NCBI RefSeq assembly: GCF_004010195.1
Contig: NC_057754.1
Location: 5,991,846-6,055,845 of the forward strand
Source: Chiloscyllium plagiosum
Taxonomy: Eukaryota
DNA: 64,000 nt
Direction: 5' to 3'
The notes below the pieces were generated by a model. The model made no database searches. It was not told the origin of the DNA and was given only the letters and a program-made list of their open reading frames with translations. Below, piece by piece: positions 23,270-38,271 of the stretch. Both the position numbers and the translations under genes were made by a program. Positions within the stretch are counted from its first letter, which is position 1, and every line of letters starts with the position of its first letter.

Positions 23270-26200
23270 ACGGAATGAGTTGCATTTGCCTGTGTTTGGC
23301 CCATACCCCTTCCAATCTTCTCCTCCCCATGTACCTGCCCAAGTATCTTTTCCATGTTGTAATTGTACTTGTTTTTACCATTTCCTCTGGCAATCCATTC
23401 TGTCTATGCACCATCCTCTGTGGAAAATGTTGCACCTCAGCTCCCTCTTTAAATCCTTGCTCTCTCACCTCACGTCTATGCCTCTAGCTTTGGACTCACC
23501 TACCTTTGGCTTTTCACCTTAATTAGGCCCTACATGGTTTCATAAACCTTTATAAGGCCACCCCGTGGCCTCCTCTGCCCAGGAGAAATATTGTCGACAA
23601 TGTTACAAATATCTCCAATTCATGTACTCAGTGCTCTGACCATTGAAGACAAGTGTGCCAAATGCTGCTTTCCCCACCCTGTCCCCCTGTCATTCCATTC
23701 CAAAACAGTGTAACTGCACCCCATGGTCTCTCTCTGTTCGACGACACTGTCCAGGGCCCGACCATTACCTGTGTTAGTCCTCCCTGGTTTGTCTTAACTA
23801 AATCCAACACCTGAATTAAATTCCATCTTTCATTCCTTGGCCCACTGGCCCAGTTGATTAACATCCCCTTGGGTAACTATATTCCCTGCCCACTCTTCCA
23901 CTAATTTTGGTATCCGCAAACATACTAACAGTGACTCCTATATTTCTACCCAGATCCTCTATATAAATGATGCACATCAATGGCCCCAGCACCAATCCTT
24001 ACAGCACACTGCTGGTCAGAGGCCTCCAGTCTGAACAACAACCCTCTACCTCCTCCAATCAAACCCATTGTGTATCCAGTTGGCTAGCTCTCCCTGATCC
24101 CATGTGATCTAACCTTACGAACCCATGAAGCCTGCTCAACCCTGTCAAAGGCCTTGCTGAACCCAGAAACAACATCTATTGCTCTGCTTCCATCTATTTT
24201 CTTGGTCACATCTTCAACAAACTCAGGCAAGTTTGTGAGACATGTTTTCCCCCGCACAAAGCCACTCTAACTGTCTGTAATCAGTTCTTGTCTTTCCAAA
24301 TACATATAAATCCTACGTCTCAGAATAATCTCCAACACCTTACCCATCCTTGATTTCTGTCTCCTCAGTTTGCAGTTCCTTGGCTTCCCCTTGCAGTCTT
24401 CCTTAAATAAGCCCACAACATTATTTTCATAGTCAGTCAGTAATACAGCACGGAAACTGACTGTTCCATTGATGCCGACCATAATCTTAAACTAACCTCG
24501 TCCCTCCTGCCTGTTCCTGGATCACATCCCTTCAAACATTTCCTATTCCTGTACGCATATTTCAAGCTTTGTAATTGTACCCCTTCCTTGGGAATTTCAT
24601 TCCACATACAAAACACACTCTGTAACAGTTTGCTCCTTATGTTTTCTGATTTTAAATCACTCCCTTCTAACCTTTAGAAATGTAGCCCCTCGTTCTAAAA
24701 TGACCTGCTGTTGGAAAAAGACAAGTCACATTAACTCTATCTATACCCCTCATTATTTTGTAGACTTCTATAAGCTCACCTCTCAACCTCCAGGCTCAAG
24801 TGAAAAAATGTCCCAGACTATACAACCTTCCTTTATAACTGAAACCTTTTATACACATCACCATCCCAGTAAATTTGATCTGAACCCTCTCCAGCTTAAT
24901 ATCCTTCCTATAACTGGGCAGAGTATTCCAGAACAGGCCTTACCAATGCCCTGTACAATCTACACATGACATTCCAAACTCCTAAACTCGAATGACTGAG
25001 CAATGAAGGCAAGTACCATTTATAACCATCCTGTCTCTCCTTGTGGAAAACTTCAAAGAACTACATACCTGAACCCCAAGGCGTACAACACTACTGAAGA
25101 CCCTACCATTAATTGTGAAAGCTCGACCCTTGTTTGTTGTAACCTAAATGCATTACCTCGCATTTCCCCGAATTGAACTCCATCTACAGTTTTACAGCCA
25201 TTCACGCATTTCATCAAGATCCCTTTGTAATCTCAGAAAACCTCCATCACTGCCCAGAATGCCACAAATATCACTGCTCGGGCCCCAGCTTCCCACAATG
25301 TTCTGAGATACACTTGATCAGGTCCTGGGGATTTATCTACATCTATGTTTTAAAACTTCCAACACCGCCACTTCTATAATGAGGACTCATTTCAAGACAT
25401 GGAGTCATCGAGATGTACAGCACAGAAACTGGCCCTTTGGTGCAACTCCTCCAGGACGTTTTTCATCCTGTTTGCCAGAACTTTGCCAATATCCCTCTAA
25501 AATCCTCCTATTTATATACACACCCAGATGCCTGCTAAATATATTTCTGTCAGCCTCCACCATTTCTTCTGGAAGTTTATATCATACATATACCAACCTC
25601 TGCAGGAAACAGCTTTCCCTTTGGTCCCTTCTAAATCTTTTCCTCTCACCTTAAAGCTATGTCTTGTAGGTTTGGACTCACCACCCCACCCCCCCCCCCC
25701 CACCACCCCACGACCGGAGAAAACTCCTTATCTATTGTCCCTATCCATGCTCATCATGATTTTAAGAAACCTTTATACGATAACTCCTCAGCATCCCATG
25801 TTAAAGTGAAAATAATCCCAGTCTATTCAGCTTTTCCCTGTAGCACAAACCTGCCAATCCAGGCAACATCCTTATTCAATTCTTCTGAACCTTTTCAAGT
25901 TTCACAACATCCTTCTGATGGCATTGAGACCAGAATTATACTCAATATTCCAATAGTGTTCTGGCCAAACAATGTTTAGTTCCCTGAGCGCCCCAGACTT
26001 TATCTACAGTAAGCTCCGAAGTGAAATATTTGTTTAGGATCTTGTAGTTTCACTCATCGTTGGATTTGTTGATCATTAAGGATATCGGTTTTGTCCCTAG
26101 CTCTTCTTTTGCTATTAATACACTTGTAGAATATCTTTGGATTCTCCTTAACTTTATCTGCCAAAGTTACTTCATGTCCCCTTTCTGCATTCCTGATTTC

Positions 26201-27680
26201 CATCCAAAGAGTATTCCTACAGCCCCTATGCTCCTCAGGGATTCCCTTGATCCAGCTGGCAATACCTGACATGTTGCCCCCTTTTCCTTGACCAGAGTCT
26301 CAGTCGACAGCCAGTGTTTCCGAAAACTGTCAGCATTGAGCTGCACACTAACAGGAACATGCTGGTGCTGAACGGTCCTTTTATCTCACATTTAAAATAT
26401 TCCCAATTGTTAGAATTCCCTTTACCTGAAAATAGACTCTCTAATCAACTTTTAAAAAAAGTTCATGTCTAATACTATCAAGATTTGTCTTGCCACATTT
26501 TATAACTTTAACTTTTGGACCAGGCCTGTCTTTCAGCAAAGCTATTTTCAAACTAATAGAATTGCGGTCACTTTGCCAAAGTGCTCCCTCACTAACACCT
26601 CAGTCCTGTTCCCTACTTTGTTTCCCAAGGGGAGGTCAGGTTTCACTCCTTTCTCCAGTTGGGCCATTTACATATTGATTGAGACCTTGTCAAAGGCCTT
26701 ACCGAACGCCATGATAACCACATCATCTGCACTGCTCTCATAAATATTTTTTGATAACTTTTCACAAAAACTCAATTGAATTCATCAGACAGGATTTTCC
26801 TTTACAAAGTCTGTCCTGAATCTATTCCTTCCTTTTCAATATTGATACATCTTGTCCCTCAGAATTGTTCCCAATTTTTACCCAATATCCCTGTGGCCAG
26901 CAAAGTATTAAAGAGATCCAAAAGGGCCCAGCAATCTCCTCCCTTACCTCCCACTGCAGCCTGCGATACATTTCATTGGGCACTGGGGATTTCTCCCCCT
27001 TTTTGCTTGTGAAAGCATTTAATACCTCCTTATTGATCTTAACATGTTCTCGAGTCTCACCATCCCGACTGAAATCCCCGGCTACAATGTCTTTCTCCTG
27101 TGTGAATACAGATGGGAAGCATACATTGTAGACCTCAGCTACTTCCTCTGGCTGCATGCGCAGATCGTCCCTTTGGTTTCCAACAGGCCGCACTCTTTAG
27201 CTGGGAATCTTCTTACTCTGACTCTCGTCATAAAATATCTTATAGCTTTTCCTTACTAGTGTCTGCCAAGGAGGTTTAATCGCCTATTGAGTGCCCCTCA
27301 TTTTTAAGGACCCGTTGCACTCTCTATAGTTGTTGAAGGGCTTCACCTGGTTTTATTGCTCTGTATTTTCTTTACCAAACTCACAATATCACTTGATCAG
27401 TATTCGCTGAACTTGGTGCCTTTGTCATTCACTGTTCATGGTACACGCTGGCCCTGAATTCTCTCTGTATCACTTGAAAATACTCCCTCTTTCCAATTGT
27501 AGGCTCGACTGCAAATAGTTCCTCTGAGTCTATATTTTTCACATCCTGTCTAATGCTAGAAATAATGATCAGTGATAGTAATAATGAAATGATAAGTAGC
27601 ATTCCCCAAACTTCTGCATGATCCTTAGCTCTTTCCATCATGACTTCAAAATGTACAGAATTATGGTCATTATCCCCAAA
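23270..27680 (-). mobile_element. Stack of nested or adjacent degenerate CR1 fragments, all on the minus strand
   Basis: Multiple CR1 3' tails (~24430, ~25400) and ORF2 peptides: FPQRMVHRQNGLPEE, LADKVKENPKIFYKCI, EKSPVPNEMYRRL, FGDNDHNSVHF. Confidence 0.85.
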
Positions 27681-28589
27681 CACTACCTTATCCTTATCTC
27701 TGTCAAAATGTCCAGTACCTACAGCCCACTCTGTCTCTTTAATATCTTCCAGCCCTTACCAATCGCCCCATCTGTGTACCTTCCACAAGGCTTTCCATCA
27801 TATCATATCACTGCAAACTTCTCCAGTCCCCACAGCACTCCTCCATCCTATCCTACAGCACCTCACTCCCATGAAACTTCTACCATCCCGATAAACCTCC
27901 TTATTTGTATAAACCCCTCCAGCTCCCACAGCCATTCCTGCCCATGTTCCCTTTGTGTAACATTATGAAGCCACGTGGCCGTTCCTCAGATCTGTAACCT
28001 TGGCCAATCTCTGCAATCTTATCTATCTCTGTGACCTCCTCCCATCACGACTAGCCTTCGTAACTCTGTAACCTCCTGCAGTCACTAAAATCATCCGTGA
28101 ATGTGTACCATCCTATTGAGGACTGTCACCTCTTCCAGTCCCAACAACTCTCTCTACCTGTAACCTTGGCCAGTCTGAAGAGTCCTTACTAACTCTGCAA
28201 CCCTCAGTCTCATACCTGAGAAGAGAGGAATGAGAAGGCTCCAAACCTCTGTTAACAAGACATGACATCGATACAGATCTGGAGGGGGAATACAGGACAG
28301 GCCCACCCCACGCACAATCCCCACCCCAATTTAAGTTCTGTTGCACTAAAACTTGCTACACTCCAACACTGCACCTATGGCATGTCTTGTGGACCGGTGT
28401 CTTCAATAATTTTTAACTCCGATAACAGTTCGTATCTGTGTAAACTCCTCCTATCCCAATAGTCACTCCACGTATTTGAAACGTACTGCATTCCAGATTA
28501 CTATCCCTAACGCTGTAACTTGCTTCAGTGTCTACAACATGCCTTATCTCAGTTGTCTCCAGTTATTGGAGGAGGAGACTGAGTCAGGC

Positions 28590-29490
28590 AGCTCGAAAAT
28601 AGTTCCTTCGATCCAACTAGTCCATGTTGACCAGAGTCCCTGACTGAGTCGCGTGTCCCTGCATTTGACCCAAATCCCTTCAAACCTTCTCCTTTCCATG
28701 TTTCTGCCCAAATCGTTTTTACATGTTGTTATTGTACTTTTCTCTACAACCTGCACCATCCTCTGTGTGAAAAATGTTCTCCTCCAATCCCTTTTAAGTC
28801 TTTCCCCTCTCACCTTATATTTATTCCCTCTAGAACATAGAACATGGCGGCACATTACAGGCCCTTCGACTCTTGATGTTGTGCCAACCTGTGGAACCAA
28901 TGTGAAGCCCAAGTAGCCAACACTATTCCATTCTTGTCCATGTGACTATCCAATGACCGTTTAAATGCCCTTAAGGTTAGCAGATCGACTCCTGTTATAG
29001 GCAGTTTGTTCCATGCCCCTACTACTCTGAGTAAAGACATTATCTCTGACATCTGTCATATATCTTTCACCCCTCAATTTAAAGCTATCCCCCCCCTCAG
29101 ATCGCCATCTGAGGGAAAAGGCTGTCACTGTCCATTCCATTTCACTTTCTGATTATCTTAATGTCTCAATTAATTCATCTCAAACGTCTTCTCTCGAACA
29201 AAAACAGCTTCAAGTTCCTCATATCACACTCCCTCCATACCAGGTAACATCCTAGTAAATCTCCACTGAACCCTTTCCAAATCTTACACATAGTTCCTCT
29301 AATGGGGTGACCTATCTGCTCTGTAATTTCCTCGCCTATCCCTGCTGCCCTTCTTGAACAAAGTAATCTCGTTTGCTATCCTCCAGTCATTCGGCATTTC
29401 ATCCGTGGTCAGCAATATATTAAATATATCCACCAGGGCCCCAGCAATCTCCTCCCTTACCTCCCAAAGCAGATTGGGATACATTTCATT
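28590..29490 (-). mobile_element. CR1 fragments, including a 3' end (~28830-29300) abutting another CR1
   Basis: RGNKYKVRGERLKRDWRRTFFTQRMV; tagaacatagaaca tail at ~28831; YPNLLWEVREEIAGAL. Confidence 0.85.
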
Positions 29491-32400
29491 CAGAGGGAAG
29501 GGAAACCTCGAGACTTCAAGAAATCCTGCAGCGAGATAGGACCACTCACAGTGAACAGAGCAGAAAGCATTTCAGCGATCGATCTTTGATATGGAGGACA
29601 TGTCATAGATACAGAGTTGAAGGGTGAACACAGAGTGTGATTGTCCCAGGTTCAATCCCCACTCTCTTGTTTACTTTCATCTCTGCTGTATTGAGCCTTC
29701 CTATATCAATATAGGAAGTTAACAGTTATCAATCCAGGCCTGTGCTGTTTTAGTGAGGATCAGTCCAACAGAGGGGAAAGCAGGCTTCCCCCAAGTAGAT
29801 GATTTCAAATCCTGGGATCTTTCTGTTCTATATTTCCCCCGATCACGCTGACCTTTGTCATGGGATGGAGTCATTCAGCAAGGAAACATACCTTTCGGTC
29901 CAACTCATCTGTCCCAGGGCCTTGAATGCTTGTAATTCCCAGAAAAGTTCTTATTTCTGTAACATTAACCCCGCCCACAATCCCACTATGAATTTGATCC
30001 CTACTCCAATATTGATGATTCTTCCGATTTGTAAATTGCTCCAGCCTTGATAACATGCCGAATCTCAATAATCCCATCCTGCGCTCAGTACAATCATCAC
30101 TATTTCTGTAGTTTTCCACAATAACTACAGTCCACCCTGTCACTGTCAAATCCTTTTCAGACCCTTTTCCAGTCGCAACAACACTCCACATCTCTGTTTG
30201 CTTCTCCGAGCACCTCTAACGCTCTCCCTTTGTGTGGCCAGTACTGTGTGTGAATAACCCTTGGCATGTGGATGGTCAATACTGTGTGAGAATAATCCTG
30301 TGGCCAGAGGATGGTCAATACTGTGCGAGAATAATCCTGTGGTCTGCGGTTGATCAATTGTGTGTGTAAATAATCCTGTTGCCTGAGAAAGATCAATACT
30401 ATGTGAGAATAATCCTGTGGCCTGAGGATGATCAATTCTGTGTGTGAATAATCCTTTGGCCTGAGGGTGGTCCATACTGTGTGAGAATAATCCTGTGGCC
30501 GCATGCTTGTCAATACTGTGTGTGCATAATCGTGTGGGCTCAGAATGTTGAATATTGTGTGTGAATACCCCTGTGGCTTAAGATTGGTCAACACAGTTTG
30601 TGAATGATCCTTTGGCCTGTGAATGGTCAATTATGTGTGTGAATAACCCTTGGCCTGAGGATGGTCAATACTGTGTGCGAAGAACCATTGGCCAGAGGAT
30701 GGTCAAAACTTTGAGTAATTAATCCTGTTGCCTGAGGTTATTCAGTACTATGTGTGAATAATCCAGTGCACTGTGAATACTCAACAGAGAGTGTGAATAA
30801 TCCTGTGGCCTGAGGGCAGTCAATACTGTGTGTAAATAACCCTGTGGCCTGAGTGCAGTCAATTCTGTGTGTAAATAACCCTATGGCCTGTGTATCGTAA
30901 ATACTGTGTGTGAATAACCATTGGCCTAAGGATGGTCAATACTGTGTGTGAATAATCCTTTGGATTGTAAATAGTCAATGCACATTGTGAATAATCCTGC
31001 GGCCTGAGGATGGTCAATACTGTGTGTGACTAACTCTTTGCCTAAGGATGGGTGATACTGTGTGTGAATAATCTGGTGGCCTGTGGATGGTCAATGCAGT
31101 GTGATAATAATCCTGTAGCCTGTGAATGGTCAATACTATGTGTGAGTAATCCTGTGGCCTGTGCATGGTCAATATTGTTTGTAAAAAGCCTTTGGTCTGA
31201 GGATGACCGATACTGTGTGTGAATACGACAGTGGCCTGTGAATGGTCAATACAGTGTGTGAATAATCCTGTGGCCTGTGTACTATCAATACTTTTGTAAA
31301 TAATCCTTTGGCCTGAGGATGGACAATACTGTGTGTGAATATGTTAGTGGCCTGTGAATGGTCAACACTGTGTGTGAATAATCCTGTGGCCTGAGGATGA
31401 TCAATACTGTGTGGGAATAACACTTTGGCCTGTGAATGGTCAATACTGTGTGTGAGTAATCCTGTGGCCTGTGTACTGTCAATATTGTATAAAAATAATC
31501 CTGTGGCCTGAGGATAATCAATAATGTGTGTGAAAAATCCTTTGGCCTGAGGATGGACAATACTGTGTAGGAATAATCCTGTGGTCTGTGGATAGTCAGT
31601 ACTGTGTGTAAATATTATTCTGGCCTGAGGTTGTTTAATACTGTGTGTGTATAATCCTGTGGCCTGAGGTTTGTCAATACTATGTGTGTATAATCTTGTG
31701 GCCTAAGGATGGTCAATACTGTGTGTGTATAATCCTGTGACCTAAGGATGGTCAATACTGTGTGTGAATTATCCTGTTGGTTGAGAATGTTGAATACTGT
31801 GTGTGAATACTCCTGTCGCCTGAGGTTAGTCAGTACAGTGAATGAATGATCCTGTGGTATGAGGATGGTCAATTCTATGTGTGAATAATCTTCTGCAGTG
31901 TGAATGGTCAATACAGTGTGTAAAAAAAAAAACTCTTGGCCTGAGGATGATCAATACTGTGTGTGAGTAATCCTTTGGACGGAGGATGGTAAATACTGTG
32001 TATGAATAATCCTTTGGCCTGTAAATTGTCAAGACACTGTGTTCATTAATCCTGCGGCCTGTGAATCATAAATACCGTGTGTGAAAACCCCTTGGCCTGA
32101 GGATGATCAATACTATGTGTGAACAATCCTGTGGCCTGAGGATGGTCTTCACTGTGTGTGAATAATCCTATGGCCTGACGATGGTCAATACTGTGTGTGA
32201 ACAATCCCGTGGCTTGAGGATAGTCAATACTGTGTGGGAATAATCATGTGACGTGTAAATGGTCAAGACAGTGTGTTCGTTAATCCTGTGGCCGTATACT
32301 GGTCAATACTGGTCAGCACAATCCTGCTGGCTGAGAATATTGAATATTGTGTATGAATACTCCTGTGGCCTGCGGTTGGTCAATACAGTGTGTGAATGAT

Positions 32401-35400
32401 ACTGTGGCCTGAGCATGATCAATACTGTGTGTGAACAATCCTGTGGCTGTGAATGGTCAATACTGTGTCAGAATAATCTTGTGGCTTCAGGATGTTCAAT
32501 ACTGTGTGTGAATAATCCTGTGCCTTAGGGATTGTCAGTTCTGTGTGGGAATAATCCTGTGACCTGTTAATTGGTAAAGAGAATGGGTTCATTAATCCTG
32601 TGGCCTCGGGTTGGTCAATACAATGTGTGAATGAATTTATGGCCTTAGGATGGTCAATACTGTATGTGAATAACCCTTGACCTGAGGATGATCAATACTG
32701 TGTGTGAGTAATCCTGTGGACGGAGATGGTCAATACTGTGTGGGAATAATCCTGTGGCCTGAGGATGTTCAATACTGTGTGAATACCCCTGTGACCCGAG
32801 GATGGATAAAACTGTGTGGTAATAATCCTGTGACCTGTAAATGATCAAGACAGTGTGTGCATTAATCCTGTGGCCGTAGGCTGGTCTATACTTTGTGAAT
32901 AATCCTGCTGGCTGAGACTATTGAATATTGTGTGTGAATACTCCTGTGTCCATATGCTGGTCAATACTGTGTGGAAATAATCCTGTGACCTGTTAATTGG
33001 TAAAGAGAATGTGTTCATTAATCCTGAGGCCTCGGGTTGGTCAATACAGTGTGTGAATGGTCTTATGGCCTTAGGATGATCAATACTGTGTGCGAATAAT
33101 CCTCTGGCCTGTGAATGGTTAATACCTTGGCCTGAGTATGATCAATACTATGTGTGAATGATCCTGTGGCCTGAGCATGGTCAATAGAGTGTCAGAATAA
33201 TCCTGTGCCTTGAGGATGATTAATACAGTGTGTGCATAATCCTCTGGGCTGAGAAAGGTCAATAATATGTGTGTGAATAATCCTGTGGCCTGAGGATGTT
33301 CAATACTGTATGTGAATAATCCTGTGGTCTGAGAATGGTCAATACTGTGCGTGAGTAATCCTGTGGACGGAGGATGGTCAATACTGCGTGGGAATAATCC
33401 TCTGACCTGTAAATGGTCAAGACAGTGTGTTCATTAATCATGTGGTCATATGCTGGTCAATGCTGTGTGTGAATAATCCTGTTGGCTGAGAATGTTGAAT
33501 ATTGTGTGTGAATAATCCTGTGGCCTGTGGTTGAGCAATACAGTTTGCGAATGATCCTGTGGCCTGAGGATCGTCAATACTGTGTGGGAGTAATCCTGTG
33601 GCCTGAGGTTGGTCAATACTACGTGTGAATAATTCTGTGGCCTGAATGTGGTCATATTCTGTGTGTGAAAAATCTTGTGGACTGAGGACGGTCAATATTG
33701 TGTGTGAATAATCCTTTGGACAGTGAATGGTCAATGCCATGTGTGCATAACCCTCTGGCCTCTGAATCGTCAGTACTGTGCGTGAGTAATCCTGTCGACT
33801 GAGGATGGTCAGTACTGTGTTTGAATAATCCTGACGCCTCAGGATGTAGAATACTGTGTGTGAATAATCATGTGGCCTGTGAATGGTCGATGCTGTGTAT
33901 GAGTAATGCTGTGGACTGTAAATGGTCAATACCGTGTGTGCAGAATCCGATGGTTTTAGGATGGTCCTTACTGCATGTGAGTAATCCTGTGGACTGAGGA
34001 TGGTCAATATAGTGTGTGAATATTCCTGTGCACTGTGAATGCTCAATACTGTGTGTGAATAATCCTGTGGCCTGACGTTGGTCAGTTCAGTGTGTGTATA
34101 AGTCTATGTACTGAGAATGATCAATACTGTGTGTGATTAATCCTGTGGCCTGAGGATGGTCTATACTGTGCATAATTAATCATGTGGACTGAGAATGATC
34201 AATCCTGTGTTTGAATAATCCTGTAGCCTGAGAATGATCAATACAGTGTGGGCATAATCATTTGGCCTGAGAATAGTGAAAAGCGTGTGTAATTAATCCT
34301 GTTGCCTGCAGTTGGTCAATACTCTGTGTGAACTATCCTGTGGCCTGTGTCTGTTCAATGCAGTGTGTGAATAATCCTGTGGACTGAGGAAGGTCAATAC
34401 TGTGTGTGAATAATACTGTGGTTTGCAGATGGTCAATACTGTGTATGAGTAATCCTGTGAACTGAGGATGGTCAATATTTTGTGTGAATAATCCTTTGGA
34501 ATATGAATGGTCAATACAGTGTGTCAATAATCCTGTGGCCCATGAGTCGTCAATACTGTGTGTGAATAATCCTTTGTCTAAAAATGGGCAATACTGTGTG
34601 TGAATAATCATGTGTCCGTATTCTGGTCAATACTGTGTGTGTGTAATCCCGTGGACTGAGGATGGTCAGTAGAGTGTGTGAATAATTCTGTGCACTGTGA
34701 ATGCTCAATACGTCGTGTAAATAATCCCGAGGCTTGAACATGGTCAATTCTGTGTGGGAATAATCCTGTGGCCTGAGGTTGGTCAATACAGTTTGTGTAT
34801 AATCGTGTGGGTTAGGATGATCAATACGGTGTGTGGTTAATCCTGTGGACTGAGAATGATCAACACTGCGACTGAGTAATCCTGTGGAATGAGGGTGGTC
34901 AGTATTGTGTGAGAATAATCCTTTGGAATGTGAATGGTCAATACAGTGTGTGAATAATCCTGTGCACTGTGAATGCTGAATACTGTGTGTAATTAACCAT
35001 TTGTCTAAAGATTGTCAATACTGTGTGTGAATGATAATGTGGCCTGTGGATGGTAAATGCTGTGTGTTAATAATCCAGTGGCCTGTGGATGGTCAATACT
35101 GTTTGCTAATAATCTGTGGCCTGTCGATGGTCAATTCTGTGTGGGAGTAATCCTGTGGCCTGAAGATGATCAATGATGTGTGTGAAAACTCGTGTGGTCT
35201 GAGGATGGTCAATATTGTGTGTGAAAAATGCTGTGGACTGTGAACTTTCAATACAGTGTGAGAGTAATCCTGTGGACGGAGGATTGTCAATACAGCATGT
35301 GAATAACCCTTGGCCAAAGAATGGTCAATACTGTGTGTGAATAATCCTTTGAGTTGTGAATGGCAAATACACTGTATGAATAATCCTGGGGCCTGAGGAT

Positions 35401-37955
35401 GGTAAATGCTGTGTGAATAATCCTGTGGCCTGTGAATTGTCAATACTGTGTCTGAATAGTCCTTTGCCGAAGGATGGGCAATACTGTGTGTGAATAATAG
35501 TATGGCCTGTGGATGTTCAATGCTGTGTGATAATAAATCTGTGGGCTGTGGATGGTCAATACTATGTGTTAATAATCTCTGGCCTGTGCATGGTCAACAC
35601 TGATTGCAAATAATACTGTGGCCTGTGGATGGACAATACTGTGTGTGAACAACCCTGTGGCCTGAGGATGGTCAATGCTGGGTGTGAATAATCGTGTGGC
35701 CAGAGAATGGTCAATACTGTGTGAGAATAATACTGTGACCTGCAAATGGTCAATACAGTTTGTTCATTAATCCTGTGTCCGTATACTCGTCAATACTGTG
35801 TGGGACTAATGCTGTCGGCTGAGAATGTTGAATATTGTGTGTGAGTACTCGCATGGCCTGAGGATGGTCAATACTGTGTGTGAATTAACCTGTGGCCTGA
35901 GAATTGTGAATACAGTGTGGGAATAATCCTGTGCACTTTGAATGATCAATACTGTGTGTGAATAATCCTGTGTACTGAGGGCAGTCAATACTGTGTCGGA
36001 ATAATCCAGTGGCCCGTGAATCGTAAATACTGTATGTGAATAACCCTTGGCCTAAGGATGGTCAGTTCTGTGTGCGAATAATGCTTTGGACTGTGAATGG
36101 TCAATACACTGTGTGCATAATCCCGCGGCCTGAGGGTGGTCAATAATGTGATGGAATAATCCTGTGGCCTGTGAATTGTCAATACTGTGTGTCAATAGCC
36201 CCTTGCGTAAGGATAGGCAATGCTGTGTGAATAATAATGTGGCCTGTGGATGGTCAATGCTGTGTGATAATAATCCTGTGGGCTGTGGGTGGTCAATACT
36301 ATGTGTTAATAATCTGTGACCTGTGTAATGTCAATATTGTTTGCAAATAATACTGCGGCCTGAGAATGGTCAATACTGTGTGTGATAATCCTGTGGCCTG
36401 AGAATGGTCAATACTATGTGTTAATAATCTGTGACCTGTGCAATGTCAATATTGTTTGCAAATAATACTGTGGCCTGTGAATGGTCAAGACTGTGTGTGA
36501 ACAATCTTGTGATTTGAGAATGGTCAATACTGTGTGTGAATAATCCTGCGGCCTGTGAATCATCAATATTGTGTGTGAATGGTCCTTGGCCTGAGGTTGG
36601 TCAATACTGTGTGTGAATAATCCTGTTGCCTGAGGATGATCAGTACTGTGTAGGAATAATCCTGTGTCTTGAGGATTATCAATAATCTATATGAATCATC
36701 CATGGCCTGAGGATGGTCAATCCTGTGTGGGAATAATCCTGTGATCTGTAAATGGTCAAGGCAGTGTGTTCATTAATTCTATGGCCATAGGCTGGTCAAT
36801 ATTGAGTGTGAGACATCCTGTGGCCTGAGGATTGTCAATACTATGTGGGAACAATACTGTGACCTGTAAATGGTCAAGACAAAGAGTGTTAATTAATCCT
36901 GTGGCCTGTGAATGATCAATACTATGTGTGAATATTGCTGTGGCCTGAGAATCGTCAATACTGCGTGGAAATAATCATGTGATGTGTAACTGATCATGAC
37001 AGTGCGTTCATTAATGATGTGGCGGAATGGTGGTCAATACTGTGTGTGAATAATCCTGTGGACTGAGAATGGTCAATACTGTGTGGGAATAACCGTTATG
37101 GCGAAGGATAGTCAACACTGTGTGTGTTAAATATCCTGCTGCCCGAGGTTGTTCAATACTGTGTGTGTGTGAGTAATCCTGTGGACGGAGAATGGTCAAT
37201 ACCATGTATGAATTAACCTGTGGCCTGAGAATTGTGAATACAGTGTGTGAATAATCCTGTGCACTGTGAATGCTCAATAAAGTGTGTGAATAATCCTATG
37301 GCCCGTAAATCGTAAATACTGTGTGTGAATAACCCTTGGCCTAAGGATGGTCAATACACTGTGTGAATAATGCTGTGGCCTATGAATAATCAATATTGTG
37401 TGTGAATAATTCTGTGGCCTGAGGATGATCAGTACTGTGTAGGAATAATCCTGTGGCTTGAGGATTGTCAATACTGTGTGTGAATAATCCATGGCCTGAA
37501 GATGGTCAATACTATGTGTAAATAATCCTGTTCCTTGAGGATGGTCAATACTGTGTGGGAATAATCCTGTGACCTGTAAATGGTCAAGACAGTGTGTTCC
37601 TTAATTCTGTGGCCGTAGGCTGGTCAATACTGAGTGAGAATAATCCTGTGGCCTGAGGATTGCCAATACTATGTGGGAACAATCCTGTGACCTGCAAATG
37701 TTGAAGACCGAGTGTTCATTAATCCTGTGGCCGTGTGCTAGTCAATGCTGTGCGTGAATAACCCTGTGCTCTTTGAATGGTCAATCCTGTGTGTGAACAT
37801 TGCTGTGGCCTGAGACGCGTCAATCCTGTGTGGAAATAATCCTATGATGTGTAAATGGTCAAGACAGTGCGTTCATTAATTCTGTGGCCATAGGCTGGTC
37901 AATACTGAGTGTGAATAATCCTGTGCCCTGAGGATTGTCAATACTATGTGGGAAC

Positions 37956-38271
37956 GGCACGGTGGCACAGTGGTGAGCACTGCTGCCTCACAGCGCCAGA
38001 GACCCGGGTTCAATTCCCGCCTCAGGCGACTGACTGTGTGGAGTTTGCACGTTCTCCCCGTGTCTACGTGGGTTTCCTTCGGGTGCTTCAGTTTCCTCCC
38101 ACCATCCAAAGATGTGCAGGGTCAGGTGAATTGGCCATGCTAAATTGCCCGTAGTGTTAGGTAAGGGGTAAATGTAGGGGTATGGGTGGGTTTCGCTTCG
38201 GCGGGTCGGTGTGGACTTGTTGGGCCGAAGGGCCTTTTTCACACTGTAATCTAATCTAAAATCTAATCTAA
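37956..38271 (+). mobile_element. Full-length HE1/V-SINE-type tRNA-derived SINE inside the satellite
   Basis: A box TGGCACAGTGG ~37963, B box GGTTCAATTCC ~38007, V-domain tgtgtggagtttgcacgttctccccgtg, CR1-like tail and (aatct)n. Confidence 0.92.

Noticed and set aside
37956..38030. tRNA gene
   Set aside because: The A/B boxes belong to the SINE head and continue into the SINE body and tail.
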